From Octopus bimaculoides (taxonomy: Eukaryota): a stretch of 52,422 bases of DNA. Shown here piece after piece: positions 36,560 through 47,820 of the stretch. The position numbers were made by a program, and so were the translations under genes. Every line of letters begins with the position of its first letter. Within the stretch, counting starts at the first letter, position 1. The notes below the pieces were generated by a model. It saw nothing but the letters and a program-made list of their open reading frames with translations. It was not told the DNA's origin and searched no databases. The stretch covers positions 15,560,803 to 15,613,224 of the forward strand of contig NC_068995.1 in assembly GCF_001194135.2 (NCBI RefSeq), in the 5' to 3' direction.

Positions 36560-37180
36560 ATGCATATCCGGGTACAGGACGTCAAAAAAGGAACGGGAAC
36601 ATAAACAAAGCACAAAGAACGGACTTTTTTTTTACGGACAACAAAATGAACACATAGGAAAACAGACGAGCCACTTATGAAACTTTTCCTTCATCAGCTG
36701 CCTCTATTCTAAACTAGGCGTTTCGAAGATATATATATATATATTTAAATAATAAGGGTGATAGATTAGATATTAATTTAATTAACAGCGATTTAAAACC
36801 AGTGGCCTAGCATAAAGAAAATTCTGAAAATTCAGAAAAATTATATTACATACATGTGAGAAGGGATGACCACTAAGTGGACATGCATTATGTTAGAAAT
36901 CGACCATCAATGGTCAAACCACAAAAGAAAAAAATGTTCTCCAGGGAAATTCAGCGCACACCAGAACATAAACGGGCAAGACAAATGAAAATATACAAAA
37001 ATAAAGAATTAGTCGTAGACCAGGTTTCGCACACTAATGGATTAATGCAATTTTTACTTACATAACCCATCCGAGGCTCATCAGTTCCCTAGAGAACATT
37101 CTTTTCTTTTGTGGTTTGACCGTTGATGGTCGATTTCTAGCATAAAGGATGTCCACTTAGTGGTCATCCCTTCTCACACA
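36560..37180 (-). mobile_element. Penelope-like pseudo-LTR remnant with internal inverted duplication
   Basis: 94-bp inverted repeat (36855-36948 and 37085-37178), a hammerhead-like core at 37018-37084, and a second CTGATGA / CGAAAC motif pair at ~36690-36727. No coding remnant was found, so the assignment is inferred. Confidence 0.5.
37010..37090 (-). ncRNA. Hammerhead ribozyme-like motif (minimal type I)
   Basis: Minus strand reads CTGATGA-GC..(GATGG/CCATT stem)..GC-GAAAC-CTG-GTC. Core nucleotides and the GUC triplet are intact; stem I pairing is poor. Confidence 0.5.
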
Positions 37181-37181
37181 C

Positions 37182-37212
<31 letters not shown>

Positions 37213-37221
37213 GACATACAC

Positions 37222-37300
37222 ATCACTGGCATTCCGTCGGTTCCGACGATGAGCATTACAGTTGATCCGATCAACGGAACAACTTGCAAGTGCCTGAGCA
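37222..37300 (-). mobile_element. SINE family C tail fragment
   Basis: ggcattccgtcggtt...ccagttgatccgatcaacggaaca. Confidence 0.7.
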
Positions 37301-37494
37301 CTCCACACACACACTAATTTTCTGGCACTCCTGGTTTAAACTCGTGCCGGATTAACACCTTTGCTGGATTAATAGAGATGAATTCCTTGCAGACCACCAC
37401 TACGTTAGGAATAACTATTTAGCTACCTTCATGACAAACGCTTTGCATCCATTAGAAATATGTTATACAGGTAGAAGAAATAGGTAAATTCAAA

Positions 37495-37975
37495 TGTGTA
37501 CTTATTTTATCAGCCTCGAAAGGATAAAAGGCAAAATCGACCTCGGTGGGATTTGATCTCAGAATGTAAAGACGTACGAAATGCTGGGAAGCATTTTACC
37601 CGGTGAAGCATTTTACTCGCGTCCTTGATAATTATAATAATTATAATAATAGCTTGAAATTTTGCCACAAGGGCAGCAATTTTTGTGGAGAGGGGATGAG
37701 TCGATTACATGACCCCACTGTTTAACTGGTACTTATTTTTTTTATGAACGGCGAAAAAGTGAAACGCAAATCGACTTCGGCAGAATTAGAACTCAGGACG
37801 TAGCTATTTTGGGAGAAGGGACTAGTCGATTACATCGACACCAGTGTTTCACTGGTACTAAATTTATGAAATGCAAAGTCGACCTCGGCGGAATTTGAAC
37901 TCAGAACACGAAGACAGACAAAATACCGCTAAACATTTCACATTTCGACCAGCGTGCTAACGATTCTGCCAGCTT
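37495..37975 (-). mobile_element. Cluster of three SINE family B copies
   Basis: The aaaggcaaa(a/g)tcgacctcgg...tttga(a/t)ctcag motif occurs three times, at ~37525, ~37765 and ~37875. Confidence 0.8.
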
Positions 37976-38363
37976 ACTACTACTACTACTAATAATAATT
38001 CCTATGTTCTATCAGGGCATCGTTTCAAGGTGACTTGAGAATAAGGAACTCAAAGCGGTTGGTCTTAGACTTATATGCAGTATGTTTTATTAAAAATAAC
38101 GTGTCCGATAATGTATATTTTGTTTCCTCCGAAGCCACAGGCTGGACTCTGCGTCACTAAAGGGTTTTCGGATGAAGTAGAATTGACATTTTACAATATC
38201 TTTCCCCCCACTGCAAACATACCCACACTCACGCATGAGAGTTCGTGTGCATGTGTGTCCGTGTGTTCGGAATCTATGTAAAATTCCGTTTGAATTTCAG
38301 TGTCGATGGATCAATCTTTATGCTGCATTCTCTTCCATTATTCTGTGTATGTATATGTGTGTG

Positions 38364-38411
<48 letters not shown>

Positions 38412-39649
38412 GTACATACATGCTCACACAACCACACACCTACACAATGTATGTTTGTATGTACGTGTCTACGTATATATAGATATATATATATATATAC
38501 ATACGTCTATGTGTGTTTGTGTGTGAGTGTGCGCGCGTGGATGTGTGTGTATGCTTGTGTATGTGTACAGAGAGTTAGAGAGAGAAATATCTCGGGGCTG
38601 ATAAGCTGAAATCTGTTTCATATTTAAACCAATCTTTTAGTCAAATCATTTTATTGACAACAAAATTAAACCATAAAAAAATTCTAAAAATAACATTCTC
38701 TTGAATCGAATTTATCCAGAAACCGTGTAAAATCATCTGATTATTTCTTTGCAAATAATTGGAAATTCCTTATCTGTTTCTATTTATACCAATAGTTTTG
38801 CTTTCCTCGTATAATATTTCCAATTCCAGCTATTTTGTCTAAATTCTTGCGAAGTCGGTTTGTATTAAAATATGAATCGGGTGAAGACAAAGCTAACATG
38901 TAGAATGCAAGCTGAGCTGAAAATAAACAGCGTTTAACATAGCGATAAAGGAAACTAACGGAAGGGAATGCAGTAGAATCGTTGATGCCTTTGCACTGAA
39001 ATTCAAACATCATTGTATGTGAAAGATCTCTCTCTCTCTAACACACGCACACACACACACATTTCTGTGTTCTGCACGCTTGTTTGAGAAGCGGACCGGA
39101 TATATGCGCGAGGTTCTCAGAAGTATTCGGGATCTGTGTGAAAGTTGATAGGCACCTGCCATTTCTCTTTGGTTGGAAAGGAGGGAGCTGGGCATTTTAC
39201 AATGTACTAAAAGAATTCTGGTGCTGAAGGGTGACTTTTCTTTTGTAAATAACACGTACGTGGGTGGCACACTATGAACTACAATACACCAAACAGTTAC
39301 TGAGAAGGTCATACAAGGTAGCTTCTAACAAATCTACAGATCATAGTTGTAGAACCGTAAAGTCAGAAATATATTCTGAACGACGAATTGGCAGGACCTT
39401 CTGAGCGGCGGATAGAATGCCTAGCAGTATCTATTTCGACTTTATGCACCTTAAGTTCAAACCACCCCGAAGTCAAATTTCCTTTGTTCACTTCTTGGCC
39501 GATAAAATAGTATCGGTTCAGGGTGGTGGATTGTTGAAGCTTAAATATTATCCACCTGTTTTCCAATCCTCATTATGTATTCCATCACTCCTCCACATTG
39601 TTTTGGCAAGAGGTTGTCTAAGATGTTTCTCGATGTGCTAGAAATCAGT

Positions 39650-39992
39650 CTTCTTTTATTTGACGGAAGCCATGCTGGGTCACCATTTTGAAAATGAATC
39701 GTCAAATGAATCGACTCCAGTACCTTAATTTTTGTAAGCCTGGCACTAATTCTATCGGTTTCTGTTGCCGAACCGCTATGCTACTATGACACAAACACAC
39801 CAACACCAGTTGTTTACCTGTGGTGGCTGGGACAAACATATACATAAATACGACGAGCGTGTTTCAGTTCCCGACTACCAAATCCTCTCACGAGGTTTTG
39901 GTCGACCAAGGTTATAGTAGAAGACACTTGCCAAGGATGTTATGCATTATGAATGAACTCAGCAAGCTTCTTACCACACAGCTGCGACCGCT
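39650..39992 (-). mobile_element. SINE family A
   Basis: gccatgctggg...tagtagaagacacttgccaagg...gcttcttaccacacagc. Confidence 0.8.
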
Positions 39993-40857
39993 GAAACTAT
40001 ATTTTGTTGCCTTGAAAGAGGAGTGATATATATAGTTCAAAATGCACAAAAGGAAAGGTTGGTCATAGTTGGAATGCTTTTGACCATGAGACCCTTCGAT
40101 TCATCACTGCGCGGAATTAAGCAATTATAGAGACATTAAAGCTAATGAAGGGGTTGATAAAGAATCGAGCAGTTCTATGCGCTCTAATGTCTTATTAGCA
40201 GGTTGTTCTTCCCCACTACGACGTGAAGGCAGTACGATCATATCAAAATAAAAGTCACATTAGACAGCTTAGAACTGTGTATAGAAACAAAGTGAGTGAT
40301 GGTGAACAGAAGGCTTCTGATCATATGCTTGCTCGACCATAGCTGTCCTGGGGTTAAACAACAACAGCAGCAGCTTCTTTACCGAGCAAACTATTCACTC
40401 CTATCTACAATAATCATAAAAAAAGAACATATTCAAATGTCCTATAACTCAATAGAAATTACACCCGGAAAACGCTGTTCGAATTTTGTTAGACATCGTT
40501 CACTCGTTCTAGATCTTAACCACTTTAAAATTGATAGGAAACATCATTAATGGATAACTTGGATAGCTTCTGTTATTGAAATTTCATTATGTTCTTTTAT
40601 CATTCAGCAACAAAAGTCCTGAAAAGTCACATCTATTGGTGACAGCTATTTTTCTATGTCACGGAGAAGAAATAAAGAAATGAAATAAATATAAAAACTG
40701 TGACCAAAGAGATATCGTTATATTTGATATAATCTAAATCTTTGGCAGAAATTCATGTAACTTTATATGCCAAATTAAACGTTTCTTCCTAATGTTTTTG
40801 GATTTATTTTAAAATATCGTTCAAGATATCTTCAATATTTTACCTTTTCTTAACGTG

Positions 40858-41035
40858 ACGAGCTGGCAGAATGGTTAGCACGCCGGGTGAAATGCATAGC
40901 AGTATTCCGTCCATTTTTACATTCTGAATTTAAATTTCGCCGAGGACGAGTTTATCTTTCATCTTTTCGGATTCGATTAAATAAGACTTACTCCTTCCTC
41001 TGAAATTGCTGGCCTTGAGCCAAAATTTGAAATCA
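40858..41035 (+). mobile_element. SINE family B
   Basis: gagctggcagaatggttagcacgccgggtgaaatgc...ttcgccgagg. Confidence 0.8.
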
Positions 41036-41403
41036 ATGTTTTTACTTTTACTGACGATGATGTATCGGTAGAAACTTTTGAGCTTCAAACATAAACCCTT
41101 GAAATATCGGCTTCTTACCTTCTGAATTAAAACCCTCCAAAGTTAAATTTATGTTTTATCCTGTCGAGGTCGATAATATGAAATATGTTTCAAGTACTGG
41201 GAACAATATAATAGACTGTTCCTTTCTTCTAAATTTATTGTTTTGTGGCCGCTGTAAGAAATCAATATATTACCATTTCTTATACGCCATTCTCAAAGTT
41301 CTATAATTTCGTCAGCATTACCTTCATATAAAGGGGAAATTTGGAAGTAGGTATTTCGGAATATTGCGGCACCATTACTAATAATATTCGCTTTTATATT
41401 GAT

Positions 41404-41625
41404 GGCAAAGCTATGTGGCCTAGTGGTTAAGATGCTGCACTTTCGATCGTGGATTCGATCCTTAGATCGATTCGTGATGTGCTGTGTTCTTGAGCAAAAC
41501 ACTTCTTTTCATGTTGTTCCGCTCCACTCAGTTGTAAACAGACAACTCTGCGATGGACTTTCGTCCCCTTCAGGCGAAATGTTGTGATCTCGACCCCTGT
41601 ACGCCAGGTAACCGACTCTATGAAT
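41404..41625 (+). mobile_element. tRNA-derived SINE family E (Deu/Nin-domain-like body)
   Basis: A box tggcctagtgg, tgtgttcttgagcaaaacactt...ctccactcag...ctgcgatggact. Confidence 0.7.
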
Positions 41626-41663
41626 GCTAGGATTCGAAACAATATTTACTTACGCTGATGATA

Positions 41664-41766
41664 TATAGATGTTTTCGATCTAGTTTCGATTCTTTGCCAT
41701 CAAATTTGATTGCAAAGAATTCAAATTTGATGGCAAAGAATCCAAACTAGATCGAAAACATCTATA
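41664..41766. repeat. 46-bp inverted repeat (1 mismatch), 11-nt spacer
   Basis: 41664-41709 versus 41721-41766. Confidence 0.95.
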
Positions 41767-42629
41767 ATCACTGATGTTATTAGTTTCCTTTGCTTTAAAT
41801 GACTGCACTTTATATGTGTCGACATGACGATACTTCACCCCCCCATAAGGAAGGAAAATATTCACTGTCATTTCTGAGTATAATTTAATAATCTGGTGAC
41901 TGTCAATAAATACAAAATGGTAATCTTTTACTTCTGGTATCTCTCCAATATAATGAACAGCTCTCAGTTTATACATAACCTCAGTGATTTCTCCCCAAAG
42001 CTTTATTTTTTTTCAATATCAGTACAACCTTAGCCATTAACTTTCTTTTTAGAATGTAAAATATTCTTGACATCGTGCAGATGTTGATCTCTATAAATCA
42101 TCTGGATTAGTCCAAACCATATGCTTTGTTCAAGTGAGCTAATTAAGATCCATCTCGTTTTCTTTATAATCTGGTATGACAAGGATTTTTGCAGTCAAGG
42201 ACCAACTTTAAGCGAAGAAGGCCTCTGGAAGTGAATTAATGCAAGTAATTGCCACGGAATGTAATACAAGCAAATTACAAGACCTGGTTTCCAGAAATGC
42301 GTTTATTTTAATTATAAAGCAGTCATTTTTCAAATCTGCGAAGTCATATTAAATGATCATATCTAATAATCTCGGCCATTTCAGATGACTTTCAGATGGA
42401 AGCGTCGACCTAATCAAACCTTTAGTGTAATCTATTGCATTAAATTCCTTCTTTACCACCTTCTAATTATATAACGGCCATTGTTCTATTCTGAAATTCA
42501 TCTGTCTTCACATTATTAGAATTAATCTTTAAACTTCCTTCTATGCTTTTCGCCCCCACCTCTCGCTCACTTACTCTATCTCTCTTTCCTTAAAGCGTAA
42601 ACAAATATTATTATATGCAGGTCTTCGAG

Positions 42630-42835
42630 TCAATGGCAATTTGCTGGAAATAGCAGCTAAATCTACCGCAAACTAGTAAAAGAAAAAAAAGCGATAGGAA
42701 GAAAAGGAAAGGACACACCGGATTACGTAGTTTAAGATAGACCTAAATATAAAAGTTGGCATGGACACATCTGGCATGCTTCTGATTAGGGTAAACCTGG
42801 AACTAAACAACAACAACGATAGTGATGAAGGCGAC
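42630..42835 (+). mobile_element. Dispersed repeat family D remnant with (CAA)n tail
   Basis: ctggaaatagcagctaaatct...ggaactaaacaacaacaac. Related fragments occur at ~9410-9810, 24745-24792, 28195-28240, 40300-40365 and 44670-44960. Confidence 0.55.
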
Positions 42836-43544
42836 GACGGCAACTTACATAGTTTTATAGCGAATGTTTCTTGACCTTTTTTTTAAACTCTTCATTCCGA
42901 CATGATGTTGGACAGTTTAAGTGTCAGCTCAACCAAACAAACTTAACATATCGTAATCACTCAATTTTGTCACTGTTGGAGAGCCTCTCACAACGTAACG
43001 ATCTCATCCACAAATTATGGACAATGCCTTCTATATATATATATATATATACATATATATATAACGATACAAATTAGAAGATATTTTTCTCAGACATAGA
43101 ATTGCCGTTAAAGCGGCAGAAATACTGGGTAGATTACCCTTACAAAGCAGAAAAATTTGTAAACATCCAGTCGTAGATTCGAACCCACATCCCTCAAAGA
43201 CTCTAGCTGTGTGCTTTACCATTAGGTTAAACAGCCCGCTGACAAATTCACCTGCAATTTTAGACGCTACATAGCTAATGTACAAGGACGTATATTAATA
43301 TAAACCAGCTATGTGTATATAGGTGTCGAAGTAATCCTGATGTCTGTTTGACAGCTGATGATAAATATACACGCTTGATGTACTTATTGACTGTGAAATT
43401 TTATATCATGTTTTATGATAGTTCTAATTGTCCTTCACTGAAATTAAAGTTCTCAAGGAATTAAACTAGTTCCAAGTTTCTTGGTTTCTTCGTTTTTGGC
43501 GGTTTTGTTGAATATATGCATGGATGTGTGTATGTTGGTATGTG

Positions 43545-43940
43545 CATACATACGTGTCTCTGTATACATGGTAAGCAGCTTGGTTCTCAACCATATGTTT
43601 TCGGGTTCGGTCTCACTGCATGGAACATTGGGCAAGTATCTTCTACTACAGTCGCGGAGCAACCAAAGCCTTGTGAGTGGATTTGGTAGATGGAAATTGA
43701 AAGAAGCCCGTCGTATATATATATATACATGTAAATACCTGTTTGTGTCTGTTTGTCCCCGTTACCGCTAGACAACGGGTATTGGTGTTTACGTCCCCGT
43801 AAATTACCGGTTCGGGAAAAGAAGCTGATAGTATAAGAAACCAGACTTTAAAACTATGGGGGAGATTCAATCGACTACAAATTCTTCAAAGTGGTGCCCC
43901 AGTATGTCCGCTGTCTAATGACTGAAATAAATAAGACATA
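43545..43940 (+). mobile_element. SINE family A
   Basis: ggtaagcagcttgg...ttgggcaagtatcttctacta...gtgagtggatttggtag...gactgaaataaataaga. Confidence 0.85.
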
Positions 43941-44008
43941 TGTATGTATGTATGTGCGTGTGTGTATTTTCAGTTAAGGGAGCTGTCATATTTATAGAAA
44001 TAACTTAC

Positions 44009-44053
44009 CTGCCAATGGAATTATTTGCGATGCTCGAGTCTTAGGTGGTTTTG
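44009..44053 (-). CDS. ITIH: Probable 45-nt exon of the ITIH-like gene (linker region)
   Basis: Strong acceptor ttttttgttttgtcttgcag| and perfect donor G|GTAAGT. Open frame xKPPKTRASQIIPLA, phase 1-1, which joins in frame to ASFGDPHF. No homology motif confirms it. Confidence 0.65.
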
Positions 44054-45189
44054 CTGCAAGACAAAACAAAAAATAGAAGATACATTTCTGTTAATGATAC
44101 ATTTTCACAACTGTTATATAGTAGAAGAAAAGGAAAAAGACATTTAATCAAAAGAAAGAACAGCAATTCAACTTGTAGGCTTATGCTTTATTTATAATGT
44201 GTTAATATGTTCCTTGTATTTCATTGTCTTTATTTCATTGTATATAGTGAAAAAAAACGCGTGAGCGTCGAAACTAAAGGACTTATATTATTTTGTGAGT
44301 TTGGATAATTTTGTGTGCCTATGGGGAAAATATTGAAGTACCAGGAGTAGTCTTTCATTGTTCAATGTCATGACTAAAGAGACATTCCCGTTATGTTAAT
44401 TCGAGCCATACAAGTACAGTGACGTGACTACCTTTCAACCGCGAATCGAAACCACAAAGAAGACTTGTGTCACCAGGAACTTATCTTTTGATTTATTCGC
44501 GCCGCCAAACAGAAATAAACAATCTTATCTTAAATGAGTAAGTAAATACTTGCGAAGTAAGTTTCTCGAGTGCTGACATTGCAACGCAGCTTCAATTGCT
44601 TTTTCTATTTATGTGAACAATAAAATTCTTATTTTCCTCTACATAAAAGTAAAGACCCCCCACCAAAGAGATCGCTCGATCTACTAGAAATACTAGGCCA
44701 ATCTTCTACAAGCCATATCCTACCGTTAAACACTCACGCACACATTGTAGTTCTGTGCACACACGCACACTATGTCTGAAAAAAAAAATGGTTGCTTATG
44801 GTTGCAACGTCATTAATCGTAGAAATTCACTCTGAAACTAAGCAATAACAACAGCATGACCACGTAGTACGATGCCAGACAGGCGAGTCTACGTGATTAA
44901 TTGACTTTCTAGAAATAACTACCGAATCTTCCTCAAGCCATACCCTGCAGTCTTAACCTCTTAACATATTATCCTGTACATTTTCGTTCAGAGATGTCTA
45001 CTAAATATATACATGAACGAAAATATACGTTTACTATACTCTGAAGTATCTGCCACTTATTTCTAATCCGAAATATTTCGTTCATGATGTTATTCCCGTT
45101 TTTTATCATTTCTATCAGTGACTTCATAATAAATCATAACTGACCCAGAATAATTTGTGTACTTAGTCTTCTTTATATACAAATTCAAA

Positions 45190-45552
45190 GTGAGGGCGCA
45201 ATGGCCCAGTGGTTAGGGCAGCGGATTCGCGGTCATAAGATCGCGGTTTCGATTCCCAGACCGGGCGTTGTGAGTGTTTATTGAGCGAAAACACCTAAAG
45301 CTCCACGAGGCGAACCCTGCTGTACTCTTTCACCACAACTTTCTCTCACTCTTACTTCCTGTTTCTGTTGTACCTGTAATTTAAAGGGCCAGCCTTGTCA
45401 CACTGTGTCATGCTGAATATCCCCGAGAACTACGTTAAGGGTACACGTGTCTGTGGAGTGCTCAGCCACTTGCACGTTAATTTCACGAGCAGGCTGTTCC
45501 GTTGATTGGATCAACTGGAACCCTCGTCGTAACCGACGGAGTGCCAACCACC
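45190..45552 (+). mobile_element. SINE family C, full length with 13-bp TSD
   Basis: A box TGGCCCAGTGG, B box GGTTTCGATTCC. TSD atacaaattcaaa at 45177-45189 and 45553-45565. Confidence 0.92.
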
Positions 45553-45712
45553 ATACAAATTCAAAATAAATAACAAGAGAAAATATATTTTTTGTATGGA
45601 AGTTGAAAACAAAAAAAATGTATGTTAAGAGGTTAAAAAGGAGACGTTGGACACCGGGTTTCCGAGTACCCAGTTCGATGAAAGTTAATCTTGGGATAAG
45701 CAACAATATAAA

Positions 45713-45880
45713 CAGTGGCATAGTTTTAATGTGTGCTGCCCGGGGCAGCTTTTGAGTTTGTGTCCCCCATGCCTCGACCCCTGTGCAGGATTATACAGCA
45801 TGTCTAAAAGTACAATCTCCGTAAAAATGTTGCCCGGGGCAGACAGTTTTGTTCACCCCCACACCCAGCTACGCTACTCG
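45713..45880. mobile_element. Small MITE with CAGTGGC(G/A)TAG-type ends
   Basis: Starts CAGTGGCATAG and ends CTACGCTACTCG, with subterminal TGCCCGGGGCA motifs near each end. Confidence 0.5.
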
Positions 45881-46519
45881 ATAATACTACCAACAAGAAA
45901 AAGAGGAAGAACAATAGTAATCTCCGACTTTAAGCTTAATTAAACACAATCACGTGGTATAAGTCCTGACAACCCACACACATATATCATATCATGATAG
46001 CGTCATAGTTAAGCTGTGTCTGGAAACTGATATGTTTAAAACATAACGAAAAAACAAACAGTACATCAAAGCTGTACAGATAACAACTATCATGGTGGCT
46101 GCTTAGTATTCTACAGATGAAATCTAAAGCTTTCGTTTGATAATAATCTAATATTGGATGAATGAAACACCATTGACTTAATCAGTTATTGCTTGATTAA
46201 CATATCTTCGGTTTTATTTTCAATCAAACGTAAAAAAAATCCCATCGAAATGACAAAAACAACCAAAATATAAAAGAAACAACAGTTTAAAATTACAACT
46301 TATAAAGCAAACATTATTCTTGTTACATTCCGTCCCCACCACTTCTTCAATTGAATTCTGTAATAATTTATTGTAATAATATTTCCATAAGCCATTGTTT
46401 GGTGCAACTGTTAGGGCAATGGTTATCAACAATTTTTTTTTCCCTATGGATCGCCTTGATTAGTTCTTCTTTGCTCTGTGGATCCCCCCCCCCATTTCCA
46501 TTCGATGTTTAAAAACTAG

Positions 46520-47005
46520 TTTTTTTTCTTTTACTTGTTTCCCTCATTAAACTGCGGCCATGTTGGGGCTCCGCCTCGAGGAATTTTAGTCGAACTAATC
46601 GACTAATTTTGAAGCCTGGTACTTATCCAATAGGCCGCTTTTGCCGAAATGCTAAGTCTGGGGGACGTAAACGCACCATCACCAGTTGGTGGCGGGGGAC
46701 AAACAAAGACACACACACATACACATATATATATATTGATAGTCAATGGCCGGATAACTGAAGAGATGTTGGCATCCGAAACTCGGAGTTTTATCATGGC
46801 TACCGAATAAGTGTCACATATTTTTACAGATATATATATATATATATATACGACGGACTTTTTTCAGTTTGTCTACCAAATCCATTCACAAGAATTTGTT
46901 CGGCCATAGACGATAGAAAAAAAGGCACTTGCCCAAGGTGCTACGTAGTGAGATTGAACTCAGAACCCTGTGGTTGGGAAGTAAATTTCTTACAACATAT
47001 CCACG
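46520..47005 (-). mobile_element. SINE family A
   Basis: actgcggccatgttgggg...ggggacgtaaacgcacc...cacttgcccaaggtgc. Confidence 0.85.
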
Positions 47006-47536
47006 CCAGCACCTATTCTTTAGATGCTTCTTTCAAAATTCCTGTTTTGTTTAGCACCCATTCACTTGTGTAGGTTTCTAATAGAACCCTCTGAGGGAAC
47101 ATAAGAGAGACAGAAACCTAGCTGTCTCGTGCAATAAATAAATTTTAAGCATTTTTTTTTTTTCATGGACCCTTAAAATAGTACTCTGTTTTTCCAATTT
47201 ACTGTTTTGCTTGTGTGGAATCCTAAAACTCTTATTCGATTCCTCAGCATCGGCCTCGGTTGAGAATCACAGCGTTAGAGTACCGGACCACAAAATTTAT
47301 CTTGCAGTGATCGGTTACGGCTATTTTACGTTCCCAGTGTATATCTCACCGAGGATAGGCTATTATTTTTCCGGTGACGATAAAATCGAATATTGGGAGT
47401 CATTATAATTTATTACTACCATATCAAACAAATTTGTGGTTTCGTTTTCATGTTGAAAATTTTATAAACAATGAGTGGTAGAGGATAATGAATCGGCTGA
47501 TGGACAAAACTCTTCGCAGTATGAAAGGCAAAATTA

Positions 47537-47820
47537 GGCGGCGAGCTGGCAGAAACGTTAGCACGTTCTGAGTTCAAATTTCGCCGAGGTCGACTTTGCC
47601 TTTCATCTTTTCGGGGTCGATTAAATAAGTACCAGTTACTCACTGAGGTCCATGTAACCGACTTAATCTTCTTGTTAGTCCCCTGGGGGCAGTAAAGAAA
47701 TAAGAAATGTTAGCACACCGGGTGAAATGCTTAGCGGTATTTCGTCTGCCGCTACGTTCTGAATTCAAATTCCGCCGAGGTCGACTTTGCTTTCCATCCT
47801 TTCGGGGTCAATAAATCAAG
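47537..47820 (+). mobile_element. Two tandem SINE family B copies
   Basis: ggcggcgagctggcagaaacgttagcac...gaggtcgactttgcctttcatc occurs twice. Confidence 0.88.

Noticed and set aside
38790-38925. Possible ITIH exon AQLAFYMLALSSPDSYFNTNRLRKNLDKIAGIGNII after ttattttcag
   Set aside because: The acceptor is good but the donor is weak (GTATAA, phase 2) and there is no ITIH motif. Unsupported without RNA data.
41315-41385. Possible exon ending GAAG|GTAATG
   Set aside because: Poor polypyrimidine tract next to a SINE and no recognisable protein motif.
45190-45270. tRNA gene-like A/B boxes here and at other SINE heads
   Set aside because: They continue into repeated SINE bodies and lack a proper cloverleaf acceptor stem, so they are SINE heads rather than tRNA genes.
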